Positions 55,753-64,000 of a DNA stretch of 64,000 nucleotides are shown here, piece by piece (position 1 is the stretch's first letter; the number at the start of each line of letters is the position of its first letter). Under the pieces are notes generated by a model. The model worked only from the letters and a program-made list of their open reading frames with translations. It made no database searches and was not told the DNA's origin. The stretch spans positions 372,001-436,000 of the forward strand of contig CP120462.1 in NCBI GenBank assembly GCA_034226945.1, read 5' to 3'. This DNA comes from Picochlorum sp. SENEW3. Taxonomy: Eukaryota. A program made the translations under genes and the position numbers.

Positions 55753-58434
55753 TTACGACTCTTGCTCAAACCATCGCTTTGAGGTTGGAGCAGCAGCAGA
55801 TTTCTTTTTTGAAGCTGCGGTTGTGGTAAAGGCCTTCATTCGTTTGGCAGCCAGGTGCTCAACAGCATCCATGTCACTCTTCTTTTTCTTCTTCTTCTTC
55901 TTCTTTGTGCTGCTGTCGTCCACGCCGGAGGAAGCGAGGGCGGTGAGGATGTCTGTGTCCTTTTTTCTCTTTCTGAGTTCTCTGCGGCGCTGGGATTTGG
56001 TTTTGCTCTCATCCTGCTCCTGCTGGGTGGAGTTTTTGCCCTGCATGGCCCTCTGGCGCTGTTTGAGCATGCTTCTTCGCTCCATACGAAGTTTTCGCTT
56101 CGATTTCGGAGCTTCTTCTCCTGGCTTGGTCGGTTTTGCTGCTGCCTTTGGGGCACGAGTGGAAGGGGTAGTAGCCTTGTTGTTCTCAGACTTTGAGACT
56201 CCGTTGTCTTCTTCTGCCCTCTTCCTCTTTTGCCTGTCGAGCATTGCTTCTCTCTTTTTCAATACCTGAACATTATCTATGGCGAATTCTACTATAGGTC
56301 GATGATCTTTCCCCCATATATCTGGGTTGTTGTTGAGCTCTCGAAGGGCACAGAGGGAATGGTCATGGGATTTGAACTCTATGAACGCAATACCTTTGCT
56401 AGGTCCCAAGGATTCAGTACTCTTTTCTCTCAAAATTTTGGCCTGGACTACCTTTGGGTTCTCTTTAGTCGCTCGTCTTTTGACGGCGTCGATGAAGAGT
56501 TTCTTCAGGCGGTCTTCATCCCATGATTTTGGAACGTTTCTCACATTGAGCCTGGTTGCCGAGACGGAAAAGTTGGGGCTCTTGAGCTTGAGCTCTGCTT
56601 CTTCCATGGCTCTTGCTCTCTTTGATTTGTCAGATGCCGATAATTCATTCCATGCAGCGCTTCCGATTGCTACGGTTCCTTCCTTTGACAGGTAGATGTT
56701 GCGCCGGTCTCCAGCGCCTTCCTGTTTCTTTTGGATGGCGAGGTTTCGAATATCATCCCCTCCCAAGGCAATGTGAATTTCTACAGGCATACCGGCGATA
56801 ATGACTGGTGGTCCTGTCTTTTCTTTTGCTTTACGTGACGCCTCGGCAGCTTTTTCTGCACATTCAACTGATTTGAAATCGACAAAAGCAGTTCCCTTGG
56901 GCTTTCTCGTGGACTTGTTGAGTACAAGTCGTGTGGATTGGACGAATCCAAACTTTTTCATGGCCAAAAAAACTGTTTTTTGCGTTGCATCTACTGGAAT
57001 GTTTCTGATAAAAACTGTGGCTCCGGGTTCTACATGGTATTCTTTCTTTTCTTTGCCTTGTGTCAAGGTGCGTTGCAATTGTTCCGCCTTCCTGTTCAAT
57101 TCCTCTACTGCGCTATGCTCTTTATGCTCTATTTCTTCTTCTCCTTTTGTTTTGATCTCATCATCATCATCATCGTCTTCTTCATGATCTGATGATGAAG
57201 TGGTTGCAGAGTCATCATGGGATGAGGATGGACCACAGCTCTCATCAGATGCTGATGTCATTTCATCATCTCTGACTTCCTCCTCTGCATTTAAAATACT
57301 ATCCAAGACATTGTTGACAATACTCTTTTCCTTTTCTGGGTCGAGAATAGCAGCCTCTTCCTCTTCTTCTTCTTCCAGCTCCTGTCCTGGTTTAATACGC
57401 ATCTCTGAAGTATCACCATCATCATTTGATGATGATACTGGTGCTACCGCCTTTGTGTCAGCTTCTTTTGACTGATAGTCTCTCTTGGAGACGGCCCAAT
57501 CAACAGCAACTGTCCTACCAGCTATATCAGTAGCATTCACCCGAGCAATGGCCTTTTCAGTATCAGCCTTTGATGTAAATCCTACGAATGCAAAACCCCG
57601 AGAATGGCCATCAGCATTTCTAGGAATAGTAACCTCCCACAAAGCACCGCAGTCTTTGAACGCCATACGAAGATCCTGTTCTGTCACATTGAATGGTATG
57701 TTTCTCACAACCACCCTCCACTTTTTCAAATGTTTCCCTTCACCAGACACTTGGCGAGCCCACAGAACAATACTCGCCGATTTTTTCCCTGGACCCAAAC
57801 GTCTCTCTGACCCATGCAACTCTTTCATCGCATGTAATGCCTGCTTCACAGTTTCATACTGTACAAGAATCACAGAGCCAGAACAACCATCCTGCTCCAA
57901 ATGATACTGTCTCACAATAGACGACGGTGCGGGATCCACAACCTCCTCAACAGTTCCAAGAGACTTTGCCAACGCAACAGCCCCATCAATATCATTCGGC
58001 CCCAGACCACCGACCGCAACAGTCTTGACCAAATTATGCTTCTTCTTGCTCTCTTCCACAGGAAATTGTCGTTTCACAGGAGCCTCTTCTTCCTTCTTGT
58101 CTTTATTTTCATTCAAAGACTTTTTAATAGACTTGCGCTCCTCAAATGATGCTCGTTTGTGAGCACTCTCAAGCTTCAACACCCTCCCAGCCAACCGTGT
58201 CCCACCAAGCTCTTGAATAGCCCTCACCGCATCCTCCTCCAACGCAAACTGCACAAATCCAAATCCCTTATGTTTCGTCTGACTCTCCTTCTTCTTCACT
58301 GTAAAAGCATGTTTCACTGGACCAATGGCACTAAACACCTCTGTCAATTCATCATCACCAACAGAAAAAGCCACCCCCCTCACAAACACTGTCCTCTTGT
58401 CCTCCTCTTTCACCCCAGACGCATCCCCATCCAT
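55753..58434 (-). CDS. RBM28: Nucleolar four-RRM protein RBM28/Nop4
   Basis: Four RRMs (KGFGFVQF, RGFAFVGF, KGTAFVDF, KGIAFIEF), DRRNIYL..EG, LRELNNNP, RPIVEFAI. Confidence 0.92.
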   Translation of the reverse strand: MDGDASGVKEEDKRTVFVRGVAFSVGDDELTEVFSAIGPVKHAFTVKKKESQTKHKGFGFVQFALEEDAVRAIQELGGTRLAGRVLKLESAHKRASFEERKSIKKSLNENKDKKEEEAPVKRQFPVEESKKKHNLVKTVAVGGLGPNDIDGAVALAKSLGTVEEVVDPAPSSIVRQYHLEQDGCSGSVILVQYETVKQALHAMKELHGSERRLGPGKKSASIVLWARQVSGEGKHLKKWRVVVRNIPFNVTEQDLRMAFKDCGALWEVTIPRNADGHSRGFAFVGFTSKADTEKAIARVNATDIAGRTVAVDWAVSKRDYQSKEADTKAVAPVSSSNDDGDTSEMRIKPGQELEEEEEEEAAILDPEKEKSIVNNVLDSILNAEEEVRDDEMTSASDESCGPSSSHDDSATTSSSDHEEDDDDDDEIKTKGEEEIEHKEHSAVEELNRKAEQLQRTLTQGKEKKEYHVEPGATVFIRNIPVDATQKTVFLAMKKFGFVQSTRLVLNKSTRKPKGTAFVDFKSVECAEKAAEASRKAKEKTGPPVIIAGMPVEIHIALGGDDIRNLAIQKKQEGAGDRRNIYLSKEGTVAIGSAAWNELSASDKSKRARAMEEAELKLKSPNFSVSATRLNVRNVPKSWDEDRLKKLFIDAVKRRATKENPKVVQAKILREKSTESLGPSKGIAFIEFKSHDHSLCALRELNNNPDIWGKDHRPIVEFAIDNVQVLKKREAMLDRQKRKRAEEDNGVSKSENNKATTPSTRAPKAAAKPTKPGEEAPKSKRKLRMERRSMLKQRQRAMQGKNSTQQEQDESKTKSQRRRELRKRKKDTDILTALASSGVDDSSTKKKKKKKKKSDMDAVEHLAAKRMKAFTTTAASKKKSAAAPTSKRWFEQES

Positions 58435-58824
58435 TATGAAATGACTCTATACTGATATATATATGTATTAAAAAATGATAATGCGCGCAGATAGGATGGA
58501 GAATACTGTTGTTCTAATTGCACATGCAAACTCTGTGCAATGGCATGCAACGATCCAAGATTCTTACACAAAAGCAGACACCGCGTACGTTCTTGTATTA
58601 TATGGGTGACATGATCACCAAATATACATATTGTGATGGACTATCCAGCCACCATCAGGACCTTGTACCATGAGAAAGTGAACCTGATATTTTTAATGTT
58701 TAATACGGAGTTTCGTACTGTTTTTTTAAGGACAGTGTCCAGATTTTGGTATAGCATCCATGGAAACCCTCAATTGATGTATTTAAATTTTTAATCTATG
58801 GAACTACCAGTCAATCGATGAGCC

Positions 58825-60965
58825 ATGGTTGGTGGAGAAGAGAATGGAACCGAACGAGCGAAGAAAAGGGACCATTCACCTAGTCAAGACAGAGCAGAGG
58901 CAGCTGGGAATAAAAGAACGAGAGAGCTGGTGGAATATGAAGAGGTTTGTGTCTTTTCTATAGCACTGCAATATGGGTTCATGGGTGTCCTTTGTCTTCT
59001 TCCTCTTCCTTTTCTCTCTGTCTGTGTTGCACTCAGTGATACTTTGGAGTGGATCTTGTATTGCAGGCATTGGTCCCAGAAGCAGGGATCCATGATGCTG
59101 TTGATGAGGAATTGGATTCGAGTGGAATGCCAGCAGGGTGGATCGCATGCCCGAAAATGGGCAAACCGATATGGAGGTTTATCCCCATGAAGGTTCCCTT
59201 GGGAGCAGCTTTCAATAGTCTCATTCCAAATCCAGAGGATCGGTTTAATGTTGAAGATGCTATCCAAGAGGCTAGACGTATATTGCAAGATGTGAAAATT
59301 CCGATGGTGGATCAGAATGGAGTGCAGGTTCAGGTGCCTGCCCAGTGTTCAATGGTTATTGACTTGACGAATAGCAATAGGTATTATCGACGCCAAGCGT
59401 GGGAGGATGCTGGGTTTTATCATTTGAAGATTCCTAATCGTGGTCGAGGGGAAGTGCCTGCTGCTCAGGCTGTCAATGATTTTGTGTTTGAGGTGCAGTC
59501 GTATATAAATTCGAACCCAGCGGGATTTATTCTTGTTCATTGCACGCATGGGTTCAACAGGAGTGGGTTTATGATTGTGTCTCATTTGATGAGGATATTG
59601 AGCAATGAGACGATGACTGTGGAAAAGGCACTGAAAATGTTTTCTGATGCACGAAGTCCTGGAATTTATAAGATGTATTATATTCGTCATCTGTTTCGGT
59701 ATTATCATATGAAAATGCCGGCGAATTTCCCTCACGTTGGTGTGCCAGAGTGGAAGGGTGGTGACGATGATGATGAGGACGAGGAGGACAATGCCGATGA
59801 GGGTCTTGAAGAAACATGCGAAGGAATGCACTTGAGCCATGATGATATTATTGGGGAGGCGGTGTGTGAGAGTGAAGCGAACTGGGTTCGGGGTCTGCTG
59901 ATGCAGTATGTGTTGGGTAGAGAGTGTGTTCATGGAGAGGGGGCCATGTTTCCTGGATCTCAACCAGTGTCTCTTGCTCGATCAAATTTACATTTACTCT
60001 CCGAGAGACGATATTGGGTGACGTGGAAAGCTGATGGGACGAGGTATTTGATTTTGTTGCACAGAGCGGGGACGTATTTGATTGATAGGAGTAATGCTGT
60101 TCGGCGGGTGCAGATGAGGTGGCCGAGCCCTCTCCCTCGGAGAGGGAAGAATGATCCTCAGCCTAAAGCTCCAATAGGAGGACTGCATCAGGGAACAATT
60201 TTAGATGGAGAGATGATTGTAGATGAAGATTTGGTGACTGGCAAGAAGACGAGGCGGTTTCTGGCATATGACATCTTGGTTATTAATGGGGAAATTGTCA
60301 CCAGGCATCCATGGAAGGAGCGATGGACATTCATTGATACATTTGTTGATCACCCAAGAAGGACAGAAATGGAAGAAATGTCGAATGGAAATTGGAAAAT
60401 GAGGTATGAATATGGCAAAGAAGCGTTTAGATTCCGAAAAAAGTTGTTTTGGCATCTCTCTCAATCAAAGCAGGTTATCGAGAATGTGATTCCCAGAGAC
60501 CTCTCTCATGAGGCTGATGGATTGATTTTACAGCCTTATGATGATCCATATGTACCATTAACATGTCATGAGTTGTTGAAATGGAAATTTGCGCATATGA
60601 ACTCTGTGGATTTCAAATTGAGGATTGGGCCTGGTGGAACCCTGCATCTACAGTTGCTTCATCCAACCAAACATGGTGCTGCTGTTGTTAAAGATCTTGA
60701 AGGTGCCAAAGTAACGTTTCCTGAAGGAGAAAGTCATTTGGCGTATGATGGGAAGATAATTGAGTGTACCTGGGACAAGGAGAGTCAGTCGTGGCACTTT
60801 ATGCGAGACAGAAGGGATAAGGCACTTCCCAATGCAGAAGCAGTGTATCATAAGGTTTGGGCATCGATTCAGGATGATATCCGCGAGGAAGATTTATTAC
60901 AAGCTATAGAATTGTCTTTGAAATCAGATATATATCGGGAAGGAAACAAACATACCCGCAATTAG
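58825..60965 (+). CDS. Bifunctional mRNA capping enzyme (cysteine triphosphatase + guanylyltransferase); predicted intron 58945-59066
   Basis: HCTHGFNRSG, FPGSQPVS, WKADGTRY, LDGEM, DGLI, LLKWK, NSVDF, IIEC, R.DK..PN. Confidence 0.96.
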
Positions 60966-63900
60966 TAAACATCGAATGATTTGTCAAGCTCTGTTGTGTT
61001 TGATGCAAGCAATGCACTTGCTCTTTGCGAATGCTGAGGAGGTGCAAGGTCCTTTGGCTGTAGATCGCTACCCATACAGTTTGATATTTTATGCTTGTAA
61101 AAGTTTTGGACGCAAGAAAGAGCAGCAGCAGCATTCTGCCTTCCTCTCCATGCATGGCCACCCCTGTGTCCCTCATCCTCTCTCAATTCCTCGGAAAATT
61201 GCAGGATTTGCTTTGCGGTCAAATCCCATAAGCCTCTTGCAAGTGCCACAAAAACCCTGCTGTCCAAAACAGAGGACAGTATCTGTATTGTAGGAGCTGT
61301 TTGGTCTAATGCTTTTTCAATTCTTCTCACAATGGCAGAATCAGATGCTTCCAATCCAGCTCTGCTGAGCACACTGTGAATTGATGTGCGGCTGGATGAT
61401 GATAATGCGCGAGATATGGATTCTGCCGTCAATGTAATGCTGGCGTAGTATTCTGTTCGTAATTCTTTCACAAGCTGTGCCCATTGAACTCCGAGCATTG
61501 GGGCTTCTTGAGCAATCCTATCTTTGTGATGCACAGGAGAAAATGCTCCCAATGATTCTCGGCGCAGTGGGCTTGGACCATTCGCTTGTGACTTCGTCAG
61601 AGGCGTCTCCTGACACCAAGAATATATAGATGACTCCATCTGCGGAATGACTGCCAATAGTCGCCTCAACGTGTTCATCAGCAGTGCCTGTGGTACGCTG
61701 GTCCCACTCCTGATGGCTTCTGTAACACTGCTGCCATCCTTTGCAGTCTCTCGTACGGCAGCCCATTTCCAAGCCGTACGACGCTTGCTGCTGTTTTGGT
61801 GCTCAGTTGTTTGAACGAGACCACAGTGGCTAGACGCTACAGATACTGCGGAGCGCAAGACATCCACACAGGCTGCCTCCACCTCAACAGCAAAACAAGG
61901 CCAGAAGCACAAAAGAGGCCTATACACCTCCATCTCTTTCTGTAACTCTCTCATGAGCACCTCAGCGAATGGCACAATCATATTACCTCCGTTGTCGTAC
62001 AGGTCTTTCCACTGGCTAATCTCACGAGGGCCAGAATCATCAATAATTTGGATGCCTCTCTTCAGGCTTGCAGAGCTTGATGCTATCCATCGAATGATAA
62101 AGTCTCTGAAGACGTCATATGCACTCAACTGGATGCCTGCATCAACATACCCATGCCTTTCAACAAAGTCCTGCAGACCACCTACTGCTTGCACAAGCAT
62201 GATTGCTGATGCTGTTGGCTTCTGAGGTGGATTTCGCGTAATCACGCTCTTGAGATGAGCGGCCAAGCCTTTGCAGTACTCTAAGGATGTTATGAAAGGA
62301 AGTCCAACATCTTTCGGGAAGGCTACAGAGTTTTGTATGGCTTCATCCGCCCGAACTTCTTCCATGATTGCTTGGCAGAGATCACACAATTTTTTGTATT
62401 TCTTTGGTTCTCTCTCATCTTCGCCCAGTTGAGTCTCTACTGCAGCCAAAATCGAATAAAATCTCTTGTTTGCTGCCTTCTTGAATCGTACAGATGCCCA
62501 CTGTATGGCACTATGCTCATCTCCAGCAAGCACAAGCTTGAGTAATTTGAATGCTGATCTCAACACAGTTGCTGCTTGAGGACCACGGATCGAGAGGTAC
62601 TCTTCACCGACGTCATCATCATACTGTTGTTTCAACGAATAATAATTCTCAAAGGCCTTGTTCAACAGAGTTTTGATATCCTGCCGCACGTTGGTGAACA
62701 TGGCAATCTCGTGAGATTCCAAGGCATGTTGACCGTTGTCAGCATGTTTAATGGCTCCATATTTTGCCGTGACCACCTCAAAGCACATCGAGTTGGGTCT
62801 GACAATATGCTTTTGTAATATCCATTGCAGATACGATAATGTTTCATATTCCTCCCGGATGCCATGTCGTCCAGCAAATGTTTTCAAAAGCCAGGACCAT
62901 TCTGGTTTGAGCTCCAAGGGCGATGCTGGTCTATCACATTCAGAAGCTCTCAGGGCGCAGTCCAAAAGGGCACTATACACATGTCGCACATTGATTTGAA
63001 GATATCCCGCCGAGGAATCTTTCCCCTTTGGCGCATCATCATGCAATGTCGCCGCAATGAGACCCTTCTCCTCACTCAAGGAATTCTCAAGTGAAGATGT
63101 GTGTCCATCATCAGCACTGTCAAGCTGCACCAATGGATTATTCTTCCATGCTGTCCCAATATCTTGTTTATAAGTTCCATCAATATCTGTTTCCGTCAAC
63201 ATAGGGGCATTGCCCGAGGTTCCTCCTCCACTGTGCCCCTGGGATGTTGGTCCCATAACCCCGGCTACTGTCAGGTCCCCAGGTATAGCCTTTGCAGACA
63301 ACAGGGTATGACCAGATGGGGACCCATTGTTTCCTGTCAACTTCACCCAGACCATGGATCCACCGGAATCCTTCCTTTTCCATCCACTCGGCTTGATTAA
63401 TTGCTTGAGCAAACTGGGTGGGGGTTCTTGCCCCAGTGCATCACATCGTGCTGCCAACCTCTGAAGTTCAGAAATCATAACAGAGCCACATGCAATCAAT
63501 TTTCTATCCATTGAAAACACATCAATCTTTACCGAAGAATGGGCCGATTTGTTCGACTGATTCGACACATAGAGAGTTTCCCCAGACAGCACCCCTCCTG
63601 TTGATCCAACCATGCTGGAAGATTTCCTGTCATGAGCAAGCGTCTGCACAACAAAATTTGCTGGAGATGTATCTGTGGATGAATCATGCTCAAAACTTTC
63701 CAAGAAAGGAGCTCCAACAATCCTCAGCACTTTGACTTGCACGCAAGGAACACGCCAGTCATAGTTTGCAAGATGCTCCTGTGCCATTGACACATCAGGC
63801 TCCCGAAAGGATTTGATAGTATCTTTGTTCCGCACAACTTTTTCTGTCTTCTCTACATCATGTTTTGGTACGCTTTTGCCAACCATGACAAATCGCTGCG

Positions 63901-64000
63901 CCTGCTGCTGCTCCACATCATCCCAGAAAATATTCACATTCTGACCTTGCTCCAGCAGCAGCTTCCTCACACCTAATCCATCCTTGAGTACTCGACAGCC
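60962..64000 (-). CDS. Large green-lineage protein with degenerate C2 and Munc13-homology-like helical C-terminus; 5' end outside the window
   Basis: More than 1000 aa open frame; WLL..FA..HGI...Y..L.YL and RVFVALARGLWD...DL.PP motifs recall an uncharacterised plant family (At4g24610-like, from memory). Confidence 0.6.
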   Translation of the reverse strand, partial: GCRVLKDGLGVRKLLLEQGQNVNIFWDDVEQQQAQRFVMVGKSVPKHDVEKTEKVVRNKDTIKSFREPDVSMAQEHLANYDWRVPCVQVKVLRIVGAPFLESFEHDSSTDTSPANFVVQTLAHDRKSSSMVGSTGGVLSGETLYVSNQSNKSAHSSVKIDVFSMDRKLIACGSVMISELQRLAARCDALGQEPPPSLLKQLIKPSGWKRKDSGGSMVWVKLTGNNGSPSGHTLLSAKAIPGDLTVAGVMGPTSQGHSGGGTSGNAPMLTETDIDGTYKQDIGTAWKNNPLVQLDSADDGHTSSLENSLSEEKGLIAATLHDDAPKGKDSSAGYLQINVRHVYSALLDCALRASECDRPASPLELKPEWSWLLKTFAGRHGIREEYETLSYLQWILQKHIVRPNSMCFEVVTAKYGAIKHADNGQHALESHEIAMFTNVRQDIKTLLNKAFENYYSLKQQYDDDVGEEYLSIRGPQAATVLRSAFKLLKLVLAGDEHSAIQWASVRFKKAANKRFYSILAAVETQLGEDEREPKKYKKLCDLCQAIMEEVRADEAIQNSVAFPKDVGLPFITSLEYCKGLAAHLKSVITRNPPQKPTASAIMLVQAVGGLQDFVERHGYVDAGIQLSAYDVFRDFIIRWIASSSASLKRGIQIIDDSGPREISQWKDLYDNGGNMIVPFAEVLMRELQKEMEVYRPLLCFWPCFAVEVEAACVDVLRSAVSVASSHCGLVQTTEHQNSSKRRTAWKWAAVRETAKDGSSVTEAIRSGTSVPQALLMNTLRRLLAVIPQMESSIYSWCQETPLTKSQANGPSPLRRESLGAFSPVHHKDRIAQEAPMLGVQWAQLVKELRTEYYASITLTAESISRALSSSSRTSIHSVLSRAGLEASDSAIVRRIEKALDQTAPTIQILSSVLDSRVFVALARGLWDLTAKQILQFSEELREDEGHRGGHAWRGRQNAAAALSCVQNFYKHKISNCMGSDLQPKDLAPPQHSQRASALLASNTTELDKSFDVY

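Overview
Gene-dense eukaryotic nuclear DNA with short GT-AG introns, very short intergenic spacers and plastid-targeted genes (UROD, fibrillin, Whirly, RETICULATA-like). It most resembles a compact trebouxiophyte green-algal genome such as Picochlorum (inference). About 35 mostly housekeeping genes are recognisable, including COG4, V-ATPase B, PEX1, CSE1, HIRA, RPB1, a SMARCC/SWI3 subunit, RBM28 and the mRNA capping enzyme. The one clearly accessory region is about 8.25-13.45 kb, where two nearly identical 1.3 kb direct repeats (8263-9589 and 12109-13423) bracket an intronless secreted GH5 mannanase-like gene with two tandem ShK-like cysteine modules. Each repeat encodes a basic low-complexity orphan protein and has palindromes near its ends, but no TIRs, no TG..CA ends, no poly(A) tail and no transposase or RT. 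Copy 1 sits inside a perfect 8-bp direct duplication (TTTGAATT). Gene calls come from recognising motifs by eye; no database search was run.
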